The translations under genes were made by a program, and so were the position numbers. This document shows positions 27,405 through 34,824 of a stretch of DNA of 38,497 bases, piece after piece. The stretch is from IMG/VR virus record IMGVR_UViG_3300014533_000149; one strand, given 5' to 3'. How positions within the stretch are numbered: the stretch's first letter is position 1; each line of letters starts with the position of its first letter. Origin of the DNA: a virus (lineage: Duplodnaviria > Heunggongvirae > Uroviricota > Caudoviricetes). Below the pieces are notes generated by a model. It had not been told where the DNA came from, did no database searches, and was given only the letters and a program-made list of their open reading frames with translations.

Positions 27405-27742
27405 ACTATTAATTTCGTTTCATGCCAGCCTTTAGTCACCCAGCATTGCGAGTCACCATTACACGGGCATGAATTAACTGGAACTCTCTCGCCGCACTTA
27501 CCGCAACATTTTCTGCTGATCGATTTTATACGCCCGCGCACGCGTGCATCATCCTGGTGGATCAGTAACGCTATATACTCACCAAATTCGTAAGGCGCAC
27601 GCCCGGGGCGACGCGTGGCACAGTTACGCTCCAGCATTTCAATTTCCTGAGCATCAAGCACAATTTCCAGCTTACGCACACCGGATTCAGCTTGTCTGGC
27701 TCTCTGAGCGGCTTTGCGCTCTGCTGCTGATTTAGCCATCAA
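27401..27742 (-). CDS. Putative small DNA-binding protein with C-terminal Cys cluster (candidate late regulator)
   Basis: 113 aa; N-terminus resembles a ribbon-helix-helix pattern; C-terminus CCGKCGERVPVNSCPCNGDSQC; last gene before the terminator and terS. Confidence 0.45.
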   Translation of the reverse strand: MMAKSAAERKAAQRARQAESGVRKLEIVLDAQEIEMLERNCATRRPGRAPYEFGEYIALLIHQDDARVRGRIKSISRKCCGKCGERVPVNSCPCNGDSQCWVTKGWHETKLIV

Positions 27743-28013
27743 TATTCACCTTTATCGCGAACACCTTTACCGGTTTATCGCCGAAGTGGGGATGTGTGAT
27801 TGTCTTGATTTCATAGCCGTCATACGGGACGTCTATTCTACGGCTGGAATCGTCGCGCTTCGGATATCCCTTTGTGATAATCAGGCGGTCATACTCCCGG
27901 AACATAATTCGCTTATTCCAGTAGTCATTACACAGGCGATACTCTTCCGTTTTCTCGCCTGACTTCATCTGGTCGAAATATTCACCGTTAACTGCCAGTT
28001 GCAGGTTAGCCAC
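27732..28013 (-). CDS. Hypothetical protein, possible ASCH/PUA-like fold
   Basis: 93 aa; weak recollection-based similarity only. Confidence 0.4.
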   Translation of the reverse strand: MANLQLAVNGEYFDQMKSGEKTEEYRLCNDYWNKRIMFREYDRLIITKGYPKRDDSSRRIDVPYDGYEIKTITHPHFGDKPVKVFAIKVNIDG

Positions 28014-28854
28014 GGTTAACCTCCTGCGGCGGGTCCGGTAGCGGCATCCAGTGGGTTACCTCTTTGAGATACAGGTCTTCGCCATCACCGTCATCCCAAG
28101 TGGGATTGCCATCATTAAACCAGTCGCCATATACGCCGACCTGAGTGTTGGGGATGTTTGGTGGGTAGTTGTTTTTAAAGTCAGCCGCTAACACATAGCA
28201 TTGTCGCTCTCCCATTTCAGGCATTCGCTCACTACAGCTTATCCAACCATCCGGAGTTACCGGAGAATTGCCACCCTGAACAGTAGGCATATCCGGACCT
28301 TTGCGAATCGCCCTGGCAAGATCGATTGGGTCGTCGTACAACCAGTCACCTGTTTGCGGATGATTGGCTTCTGCCAATTGTGCAGCCCACTCCAGGCCGT
28401 CTTTGTGTCCTTGCAGATAGTCCAGCGGTAACTCATCACTATTACTTACAGGTTCGGCCTGAAGCATGGCGGCGCGATAGGCGTTCCAGCCAGATGTTCG
28501 CCCAAGCGCGTAAACTTCAGATGGCTCAAGATAATCAATGTCATGCCCGTCCTCATCGTCGTTCTCAGGTAATGCAGCAGGTACTACTGGCACTGGCGGG
28601 GCGGTGTAAAGTGGAATAGCTTCTGTCTTGCACCCATCCCCCTTGCCGGGTGATAGTGGCGCAAGACACACCCGCCACGGGCCAATCTGCACACCGTCAA
28701 AAAGACTAGTAAGCCGCCATTTCCACGCCATCGGCTCTGCTGCCAGTGAGGCCAGTGCAATCTGCGCCAGTTCCATTTGTTCGCCACGGGTAAGCCCGTT
28801 ATCAAGCGGATTTTTAATGAATAATTCGATACGTTCTTTGGTAATAGTGGTCAT
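28006..28854 (-). CDS. Hypothetical early protein with DUF551-like C-terminal domain
   Basis: 282 aa; C-terminal region (WISCSERMPE...VTHWMPLPDPP) resembles DUF551 as recalled. Confidence 0.55.
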   Translation of the reverse strand: MTTITKERIELFIKNPLDNGLTRGEQMELAQIALASLAAEPMAWKWRLTSLFDGVQIGPWRVCLAPLSPGKGDGCKTEAIPLYTAPPVPVVPAALPENDDEDGHDIDYLEPSEVYALGRTSGWNAYRAAMLQAEPVSNSDELPLDYLQGHKDGLEWAAQLAEANHPQTGDWLYDDPIDLARAIRKGPDMPTVQGGNSPVTPDGWISCSERMPEMGERQCYVLAADFKNNYPPNIPNTQVGVYGDWFNDGNPTWDDGDGEDLYLKEVTHWMPLPDPPQEVNRG

Positions 28855-29093
28855 TTGTTAATCCTCAAAACTTTATGCCCGGGCGCAAAAGCACGTGTTT
28901 TGTCTTTACTTATTCGCCACCCGTCTTTACGGGCCTCTTTTGCACAACCAGACCATGACGTACCGATATACTCACCGAAGTCTGGCACTGGATATACACC
29001 TTCCGTACACTGGCGGCAGTCACAATAGAGATGCATGGTGTAACTTGCAGCGATAGCCATATCACTCTCCTTTGATGCGAATGCCTGTTGCAA
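28851..29093 (-). CDS. Small Cys-rich hypothetical protein
   Basis: CxC-x2-C...C pattern; start may be the internal ATG at about 29060. Confidence 0.4.
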   Translation of the reverse strand: MQQAFASKESDMAIAASYTMHLYCDCRQCTEGVYPVPDFGEYIGTSWSGCAKEARKDGWRISKDKTRAFAPGHKVLRINK

Positions 29094-29198
29094 TGCTGTT
29101 TATGATGCTGTCAGTGCATGGGGTAGAAAGCTGGGCATCTCCAGCAATTTTCATGACATCAACATCTGCATATCGAATACCGAGGTGTATCAGACCGG

Positions 29199-29507
29199 CT
29201 ATGCCTGACTTAAGCCGAGCATTTTCCATAAATAGAACTTTTGCCCGCTGTTTTTCTGCTTCAAGCTCAACGCGCAGCTTCCNNNNNNNNNNNNNNNNNN
29301 NNNNNNNNNNNNNNNNNNNNNNNNNNNNNNNNNNNNNNNNNNNNNNTCCCGTTCATCCAGCAGTGCCAGCGCGATATCTGGCGAAAAGTGCTTCATAAAA
29401 TCGTTAAGCGCATTAATTCGCTGATCGAAGGGCATTACAGGTGCTTCACCAGCAATTTTTGTTTTTTCAGCGATTTCACGAAGCTTTTGATAATCAATCT
29501 TGCTCAC
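29199..29507 (-). CDS. ead/Ea22-like early protein, interrupted by an N run
   Basis: Coiled-coil-like N-terminus; the reading frame crosses 64 N so frame and length are unreliable. Confidence 0.3.
   Translation of the reverse strand: MSKIDYQKLREIAEKTKIAGEAPVMPFDQRINALNDFMKHFSPDIALALLDERXXXXXXXXXXXXXXXXXXXXXXGSCALSLKQKNSGQKFYLWKMLGLSQA
29283..29346. other. Run of 64 N (assembly gap or masked sequence)
   Basis: Directly visible; not a multiple of 3. Confidence 0.99.
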
Positions 29508-29938
29508 TGGTTGCCTCCTTTGCGAAGCTCAGCGGCGAAGGCTACTGCGTGATCATGATGTTCAAGCGTGTATGCACACTCCGCAAACATCTCCACGCCC
29601 TGCGCCCGCACTTCAGCCAGGAAAGCATCGGTGGCTGTGGTTTCGATATCGTTAATTTCAGGAAGAATCTCTTCCCATGTAGCGATATCGCCATTCAAAT
29701 GCCATCCGGCAATTCCACTGGAGTTATCCGCAACACTCCGAACGGCTTCAATAGTTTCATGCATTGCCGCATTCTCCGCTGCCAGCGCATTAGCACGCAC
29801 CAATTGCACTTCCAGTTGCGTTGCCAAATCGCTGATCAGCTTTGCCACACTGCGCATATCAACGGCACCACATTCAGCTTTCAGTTCCGAAGCCATCTCA
29901 TGCCCGGCGGAAACTAACCCTTTGATATTACTTTCCAT
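29504..29938 (-). CDS. Hypothetical early (Ea-like) protein
   Basis: 144 aa, acidic; ATGA-type overlap with the downstream gene. Confidence 0.5.
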   Translation of the reverse strand: MESNIKGLVSAGHEMASELKAECGAVDMRSVAKLISDLATQLEVQLVRANALAAENAAMHETIEAVRSVADNSSGIAGWHLNGDIATWEEILPEINDIETTATDAFLAEVRAQGVEMFAECAYTLEHHDHAVAFAAELRKGGNQ

Positions 29939-29999
29939 CTTTACCCTCGCTTATCCACATAACTTATTGATTACATTGATAACTAAAAAGATCGTCGAT

Positions 30000-30347
30000 T
30001 CAGAACTCTTCGATGTTCCAGCCGCCACCTGCTTTCTTTGGTTTAACCGTTACCCCGATGATTCGGAACGGATACTGATCTGCGGCTACTTTGGTTTTCA
30101 CCCTGGCGTCGTCGGTCCAGAATCCCCCTTTCACTTCGTGCAGTTCCATCTCTCCGGTGGCGAGCATCACAGCGAAATCGGGCGTATAGAACGTGTTGTC
30201 AGCTAACCGCAGCTTAATACCCTCGAATCGATACCAGGCGATTTCCCCTGCACGTTTACGCTGCTCAAGGTGCTGGCAATACGCAGATTCTGTTTTGTTC
30301 ATCTGGCCTGTTTTGAGTCGACCAAGAGCCTGTATCTGTTTTCTCAT
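30000..30347 (-). CDS. DUF1064-like protein with PD-(D/E)xK nuclease-like motif
   Basis: 115 aa; D...ExK arrangement (YTPDFAV...ELHEVKG); first gene after the P-like gene. Confidence 0.45.
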   Translation of the reverse strand: MRKQIQALGRLKTGQMNKTESAYCQHLEQRKRAGEIAWYRFEGIKLRLADNTFYTPDFAVMLATGEMELHEVKGGFWTDDARVKTKVAADQYPFRIIGVTVKPKKAGGGWNIEEF

Positions 30348-30349
30348 GA

Positions 30350-30366
30350 TTTACCTCTAAGGTAAT
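30350..30366. promoter_or_regulatory. Operator-like palindrome TTTACC-TCTAA-GGTAAT
   Basis: Overlaps the RBS/5'UTR of the 30347 gene and the -10 of the candidate promoter. Confidence 0.5.
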
Positions 30367-30393
30367 TAAAAACCACATAAGACACGAAATCAA
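30365..30393 (-). promoter_or_regulatory. Candidate sigma70 promoter for the nin-like operon
   Basis: Minus strand: -35 TTGATT (30393..30388), 17-bp spacer, -10 TTTAAT (30370..30365); flanked by two operator-like palindromes. Confidence 0.4.
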
Positions 30394-30411
30394 TAGATTT
30401 TAGAATATTTT

Positions 30412-30428
30412 ATTACCCAACAGGTAAT
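30412..30428. promoter_or_regulatory. Operator-like palindrome ATTACC-CAACA-GGTAAT
   Basis: Perfect dyad just upstream of the candidate -35. Confidence 0.5.
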
Positions 30429-30464
30429 TATCAAGACGTAAAAAAATGCGCTATCGCGCTGGTA

Positions 30465-31250
30465 TTACTTGATAAATCCTGCCGCCTTTCCCCGCCTGTA
30501 TTCCTCCATCAGCCACTGCGCCGGTGTTATTCCCCCAAGGGTGGCGGCGTTAGGCATGCACCCGAAACTTCGCCCTGGTGGATGGTAAACGTCTCTCCCT
30601 GTGTCCGGAGGTGTACTCATGGGCTCTCGCTTTGCCTGTATGCTGATCACCGGATCGGGTATCTGCTGTCCGGAAGCTACCTTTTTCGCCCAATCATCGA
30701 GCAGCCTGCGCGCGTGTTTCTCAACCTCAATCTCGCTAAGCTGGCGCTGATACATTGCACGGCGGGTATCACATACGACCCAGTACATAACCGGATGTCG
30801 CCACGGGAATCTTTCGGGACCACCAGGATATAAACTTTTTTCCTTGCTGTACCGGTGAAACTCCGCCATCACATCGTCAATGGTGACGCCAAGAACCATC
30901 TTGCTGTCTTTACACCACTTGATGAATTGCCCTGGCGACGGCCAGAACGGAGACTCACTGGCGCGGGCGTGGCGCATACCAGCAGAAACCTGTTCACGGG
31001 TTCGGATCCCCCCTTCGGCAAACGCAGCAATCCACTGCTGTTTTGCAGCAACTTCCTGCTCTGGCGTCTTCAGGTTGGTTACCACTGCCGCCGGAAACAG
31101 TTGTTTCAGCTGTTTGAAAAGGGCATCAACAAGCCTCTCTGCTGACATGTTCACCACGTTGTCATTGTTGGTGTACTGATGCTCATAACCTGACATGCGA
31201 GAAAGGGCTTCTCCGTCACGGTTTTGTATCGCGGTAAAAACGTTGTTCAC
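30465..31250 (-). CDS. Replication protein P-like (helicase loader)
   Basis: Resembles lambda P around FPAAVV...WIAAFAEGGIRTREQVSAGMRHARASESPFWPSPGQFIKWCK; likely GTG start at 31250 with SD GGGAGGA, overlapping the O-like stop (GTGA). Confidence 0.7.
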   Translation of the reverse strand: MNNVFTAIQNRDGEALSRMSGYEHQYTNNDNVVNMSAERLVDALFKQLKQLFPAAVVTNLKTPEQEVAAKQQWIAAFAEGGIRTREQVSAGMRHARASESPFWPSPGQFIKWCKDSKMVLGVTIDDVMAEFHRYSKEKSLYPGGPERFPWRHPVMYWVVCDTRRAMYQRQLSEIEVEKHARRLLDDWAKKVASGQQIPDPVISIQAKREPMSTPPDTGRDVYHPPGRSFGCMPNAATLGGITPAQWLMEEYRRGKAAGFIK

Positions 31251-32062
31251 AAGAAATCCTCCCATGCTTCAGGGCTGTTCCAGTGCGGAACGTTGTTATC
31301 AGGTAATGTTGATTGCTTCTGTCTGCTAATCTGCAGCCGCCTTGCCAGCTTCTGCTCCCACTGTGCCTGATGGTATGCCTTACCCTCAGCCATCCAGTAA
31401 ATTCTGAACTCTGCAAGTTCCTGTGCCGTTGGCAGACTGTCCAGGTAGATCCCCTGCAATGAGCTTTTCCGAAGAAAGTCATCTGATGGCTGCCATTGTT
31501 CATGCATGACAAATTTGCCTAATTGCCCTGGCCCACCAGGAGGAACAAAGTTATTCATCACGGCGTTGTTTGCGCCGGGGTCATGATGCACAGAATCCCC
31601 GTTTTTTGTCCTGCTCTCCCTCTCTTGGTTAAATGACTGGTTATATGACTGGTTCTGGATCCCGTTTTTGGGATCATTCAACATCCCGTTTTTGGGATCA
31701 TTCAACATCCCGTTTTTGGGTATATTCCCGTTTTCGGTAACATTACCGTTTTCGGGTTCATTGCCCCCCTCTCGGTTGCCTTTAATGTTCCCGTTTTTGG
31801 TTATATTAAGAGAGAAAACCCGCACTCTTTTTGTCGCTCCCTTTCTCTCTCCGGTATCTGAAATAAGCCCCATTTTCATGAGCGATATAAGCCCGGCCTG
31901 CACGGTTTTTTTATTCAGGCAAGTGTCTTTAACGAGGCGTTCTATGCTGGGGTAGCAGAGGTTATATTCATCGGCTCTGTCAGCCATCGAGAGCAGTATG
32001 AGCTTTAATGATGAGCTACCTGGATCTGTCTCCCAGGCCCAATCTGTTGCATGTCTGCTCAT
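31247..32062 (-). CDS. Replication initiator O-like protein with DnaT-like C-terminal domain
   Basis: N-terminal winged-helix-like region; repetitive PKNGMLND linker encoded by iterons; C-terminus (GKFVMHEQWQP...IYWMAEGKAYHQAQWEQKLARRLQ) resembles E. coli DnaT C-terminus as recalled. Confidence 0.7.
   Translation of the reverse strand: MSRHATDWAWETDPGSSSLKLILLSMADRADEYNLCYPSIERLVKDTCLNKKTVQAGLISLMKMGLISDTGERKGATKRVRVFSLNITKNGNIKGNREGGNEPENGNVTENGNIPKNGMLNDPKNGMLNDPKNGIQNQSYNQSFNQERESRTKNGDSVHHDPGANNAVMNNFVPPGGPGQLGKFVMHEQWQPSDDFLRKSSLQGIYLDSLPTAQELAEFRIYWMAEGKAYHQAQWEQKLARRLQISRQKQSTLPDNNVPHWNSPEAWEDFL
31658..31808. repeat. Iteron array, candidate replication origin inside the O-like gene
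   Basis: At least six direct repeats built on CCCGTTTTTGGG / CCGTTTTCGG with ~24-bp periodicity, two perfect 24-bp copies at 31661 and 31685; AT-rich stretch follows. Confidence 0.65.
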
Positions 32063-32077
32063 GATTAATCTCCGCTA

Positions 32078-32278
32078 TCAGCTTGAATGTTGTGGGGAGG
32101 AATTAATCATGATCTGCTTAATCTCAGCCCTGATGCGACGGTTTGATTCCATGGTGCACTCAACACAGTGTCCGTTGTAAACCCAACGTTCACTGTCATG
32201 TCCGTGCTTACATGGTTTTCCGGTGTAGTAGCGTTTAAGTCCGCGCTTTGCGGCATCAATACGTGTAATGATTTCCAT
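32078..32278 (-). CDS. Small zinc-finger-like protein
   Basis: About 66 aa from ATG 32278; CKHGH...CVEC motif; track ORF begins at a TTG without an RBS. Confidence 0.4.
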   Translation of the reverse strand: MEIITRIDAAKRGLKRYYTGKPCKHGHDSERWVYNGHCVECTMESNRRIRAEIKQIMINSSPQHSS

Positions 32279-32357
32279 GGTAAGCCCTGTTATTAGTATT
32301 GGGATTACGGTCATTTTGTGCTGACACAAAAAAAAGATCAACCAGATTTGGTTTTTT

Positions 32358-32374
32358 ATTACCTTTGAGGTGCG
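32358..32374. promoter_or_regulatory. Operator-like half-palindrome ATTACC-TTTGA-GGTGCG
   Basis: One perfect half-site, degenerate partner. Confidence 0.3.
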
Positions 32375-32428
32375 AATAGATATGAAAAGACCGCCGGGTG
32401 GCGGTCTACAGAGGGTTGTGGCTGGATA

Positions 32429-32659
32429 TCATGAGTAGAAGAAGTATGCCAGTTCTGCTTTTGAGCGCAGCCATTGTCTTGTTTTACAGGCTTTAAAAAG
32501 CCCATTCATCAATACTTTACCTGGCATTTTGCGCTTACCTGTTAAGTGAGTCTGGATATAGTGACTCGTCGTTCCGGCTTCCTGTGCGAAGGCTTCACGC
32601 TCATCCGGAGTAAGTGCAAGCCAGTGCTTTTTGAAATCGAAATGTCCGTTATCGCTCAT
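32429..32659 (-). CDS. Cro-like (YdaS-like) HTH regulator
   Basis: 76 aa; divergent from the repressor-like gene; helix-turn-helix-like core GTTSHYIQTHLTGKRKMPG. Confidence 0.55.
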   Translation of the reverse strand: MSDNGHFDFKKHWLALTPDEREAFAQEAGTTSHYIQTHLTGKRKMPGKVLMNGLFKACKTRQWLRSKAELAYFFYS

Positions 32660-32684
32660 AGCTATTGCCTGATATTTATTTCAG

Positions 32685-32713
32685 ATAATAAATATTCACC
32701 CATAAGGTAACAA
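32685..32713 (-). promoter_or_regulatory. Candidate PR-like promoter for the cro-like gene
   Basis: Minus strand: -35 TTGTTA (32713..32708), 17-bp spacer, -10 TATTAT (32690..32685); overlapped by the 32695 operator. Confidence 0.35.
32695..32711. promoter_or_regulatory. Switch-region operator-like site TTCACC-CATAA-GGTAAC
   Basis: Imperfect dyad; overlaps the candidate -35. Confidence 0.45.
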
Positions 32714-32725
32714 AAATCAAGGATA

Positions 32726-32742
32726 GTTACCTATGGGGTGCA
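32726..32742. promoter_or_regulatory. Switch-region operator-like site GTTACC-TATGG-GGTGCA
   Basis: Imperfect dyad, abuts the next site. Confidence 0.35.
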
Positions 32743-32759
32743 TTTACCTGTTGGGTAAT
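32743..32759. promoter_or_regulatory. Switch-region operator-like site TTTACC-TGTTG-GGTAAT
   Basis: Near-perfect dyad ~55 bp upstream of the repressor-like start. Confidence 0.5.
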
Positions 32760-32813
32760 ATTGCTTTAAATTGAATCATCTACTGATTCATATACGAGGC
32801 GATTTTCCAGAAA

Positions 32814-33398
32814 ATGAAAAGTATCCAGGACGTCCGCAGGCAAAATCTCAACGACTTGATCGACCGTGAATTCAATGGTGTTCAGACGCGGATGGCAGAA
32901 AAACTTGGAACTCAGGCAAATCTGGTAAACCGCTGGGCTCTTGGCAAGAAGGTTATCGGCGACCAGGTTGCGCGAAAAATTGAAGCTGCCGCCAATAAAC
33001 CCCGTAACTGGCTTGATATCGATCGCTCGCTTTCTCAGGAAGGTTTTCAGCCTGTCGGCCCAAGCGACATTGGTCAGCTGGCGGCTCACAACCTGGAACG
33101 CTGGATGAGCGAAAGCCGCGACCTTTCAACACAGGGAAAACTTCACCGCGCATCCGGCGTCGCCCAGGTGACAATCAGCCGCCTGTTAAACAATGAGGTC
33201 AGCGTTTCCATTTCCACCCTGGAGAATGTTGCATCCGCATTCGGGCGTCACGGCTATGAATTACTGATTCACCCGCACGACCCTGCGACCATCAACTATG
33301 ACCGCTCGCGCTACGCATTGTTACCCGAAACCGAGAAAGCAAAGATCGAAAGTTACATTGAATTTGTCATCAACCAGAACGAAAAAAACAAACAATAA
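32814..33398 (+). CDS. Tandem-HTH repressor-like protein, no peptidase S24 autocleavage domain seen (putative prophage repressor)
   Basis: 194 aa with two Cro/C1-type HTH-like segments (about aa 5-65 and 100-165); weak SD; divergent from the cro-like gene; own terminator downstream. Confidence 0.6.
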   Translation: MKSIQDVRRQNLNDLIDREFNGVQTRMAEKLGTQANLVNRWALGKKVIGDQVARKIEAAANKPRNWLDIDRSLSQEGFQPVGPSDIGQLAAHNLERWMSESRDLSTQGKLHRASGVAQVTISRLLNNEVSVSISTLENVASAFGRHGYELLIHPHDPATINYDRSRYALLPETEKAKIESYIEFVINQNEKNKQ

Positions 33399-33420
33399 AA
33401 TCATATTTTTCAGTAAGTAA

Positions 33421-33443
33421 GCCGCCTTCTGGCGGCTTTTTTA
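33421..33443 (+). terminator. Rho-independent terminator after the repressor-like gene
   Basis: GCCGCC-TTCT-GGCGGC followed by 6 T. Confidence 0.7.
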
Positions 33444-33454
33444 TTGTCTACACA

Positions 33455-33471
33455 ATTACCTTAAGGGTAAT
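33455..33471. promoter_or_regulatory. Operator-like palindrome ATTACC-TTAAG-GGTAAT
   Basis: Perfect dyad ~19 bp upstream of the candidate -35. Confidence 0.5.
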
Positions 33472-33489
33472 TTTTTTAACTCATATCTA

Positions 33490-33518
33490 TTGACACCAAA
33501 CCAAATACGCATAATCAT
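33490..33518 (+). promoter_or_regulatory. Candidate PL-like early promoter
   Basis: -35 TTGACA (33490..33495), 17-bp spacer, weak -10 AATCAT (33513..33518) running into the next operator; same layout as the 30365..30393 promoter. Confidence 0.4.
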
Positions 33519-33533
33519 TACCTCAACGGTAAC
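33517..33533. promoter_or_regulatory. Operator-like palindrome ATTACC-TCAAC-GGTAAC
   Basis: Overlaps the candidate -10/+1 and supplies the SD (GAGGTAA) for the 33552 ORF. Confidence 0.45.
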
Positions 33534-33551
33534 AGACCGAGGTAACAAGTT

Positions 33552-33704
33552 ATGCAGTGGAAAATCATCAACGGTTGGTACTGCGTTACTGCATGCGGAT
33601 TCATGAGCTGGAAGTTCCGCACCTTACAGGAAGGCATTAAGTGGGCTTTCGTCAGCAAAGAAGCTCGCGATGTGGCCAACGATAACGAGATATGGGAGGG
33701 CTGA
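33552..33704 (+). CDS. Small hypothetical protein (50 aa), below the ORF-track cutoff
   Basis: Hand-translated: MQWKIINGWYCVTACGFMSWKFRTLQEGIKWAFVSKEARDVANDNEIWEG; SD GAGGTAA; first ORF of the plus-strand early operon. Confidence 0.3.
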   Translation: MQWKIINGWYCVTACGFMSWKFRTLQEGIKWAFVSKEARDVANDNEIWEG

Positions 33705-33706
33705 TA

Positions 33707-34006
33707 ATGAACGTTAATCAGCAGAAAAATCTTCAAAAAATCATGCTGGCATTCGACAAGGACTACCGCCTGTCAGAACAGCTATATGACCGACAAGTTG
33801 AACTGATTGAGAGCATCCGACTTCATCAACTGTCCTCAACTTTCGACGTTGTAACAGGCAAAGGCGTTCGTCAGGAAGTACTGGAGGCTGCTAAAGACAG
33901 CCCTGAGTTCGAAGAACTGATGGATGCCTATCGGCGAGAGGCAATGGCAATTATCGCCCGCTGGGATCTGGCTGATCAGCTTGATGGGCAGAGGGACGCG
34001 GCATGA
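33707..34006 (+). CDS. Hypothetical early protein
   Basis: 99 aa from ATG 33707 with SD GGGAGGG; ATGA overlap with the next gene. Confidence 0.5.
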   Translation: MNVNQQKNLQKIMLAFDKDYRLSEQLYDRQVELIESIRLHQLSSTFDVVTGKGVRQEVLEAAKDSPEFEELMDAYRREAMAIIARWDLADQLDGQRDAA

Positions 34007-34824
34007 AACCGGGAATTTATTTCGACATCAGCAACGAAGACTACCACGCCGGTGACGGCGTGAGTAAGTCGCAACTGGACATGGTTGCCAAGAATCCGGC
34101 GCTTCTTAAATGGGTTCAGGCAGCACCAGAAGACGAAGAGAAAAAGTCTGCACTGGATATGGGAACCGCATTGCACTGCCTGCTTCTGGAACCTGGAGAA
34201 TTCGACAAACGCTTCATCGTTTCACCGAAATTCGATCGTCGGACGAAACAAGGTAAAGATGACGAAGAGGCATTTCTTCTTGATGTGGCGGATATGGGGA
34301 TTACGGTACTTGATGCCGAGCAGTGGCGGAAACTGGAGCTGATGCGTGATAGCGCAATGGCTCACCCGGCGGCACGCTGGATGCTGGAAGCCCCTGGTTA
34401 CTGCGAAGCATCAATGTACTGGAACGATGAAGATACGGGTGAGTTGTGCCGCATTCGTCCAGACAAATGGCTGAACGAGCACAACGTGATCGTCGACGTG
34501 AAAAAGGTTGCAGATATGGACCGTTTTGCACGCCACATCGAGGAATTCCGCTACCACGTGCAGGACGCAATGTACCGCGAAGGCGCAATGAGGGTTACTG
34601 GTCAGCCGCATGGTTTTTTCTTTCTTGCCGTGAGCGAAAGCATTGATTGTGGTCGATATCCGGTACGCGTGTTCGAGCTGGATGCGCCGGATGTCGATGC
34701 CGGGCACGCTCTGTTCCGCCGGGATCTGAATACCTATCACGAATGCCGCATCAACGATGAGTGGGGCGGAGTGGAAATTATTAAACGCCCTGACTGGGCA
34801 CGTAAACAGGATATGTACGTATGA
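34003..34824 (+). CDS. RecE-like PD-(D/E)xK exonuclease (DUF3799-like)
   Basis: 273 aa; sits immediately upstream of a Bet/RecT-like gene with ATGA coupling; family assignment from recalled pattern. Confidence 0.55.
   Translation: MKPGIYFDISNEDYHAGDGVSKSQLDMVAKNPALLKWVQAAPEDEEKKSALDMGTALHCLLLEPGEFDKRFIVSPKFDRRTKQGKDDEEAFLLDVADMGITVLDAEQWRKLELMRDSAMAHPAARWMLEAPGYCEASMYWNDEDTGELCRIRPDKWLNEHNVIVDVKKVADMDRFARHIEEFRYHVQDAMYREGAMRVTGQPHGFFFLAVSESIDCGRYPVRVFELDAPDVDAGHALFRRDLNTYHECRINDEWGGVEIIKRPDWARKQDMYV

Noticed and set aside
31658-31808. Direct repeats that might be taken for a CRISPR array
   Set aside because: The repeats are contiguous or near-contiguous, lie inside a replication-initiator gene and encode a repetitive peptide linker; there are no unique spacers. 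They are origin iterons.
4684-33533. The ATTACC-N5-GGTAAT dyads as intrinsic terminators
   Set aside because: The stems are 6-7 bp and AT-rich, most lack a following T-tract, and they sit upstream of genes and around promoters rather than at operon ends.
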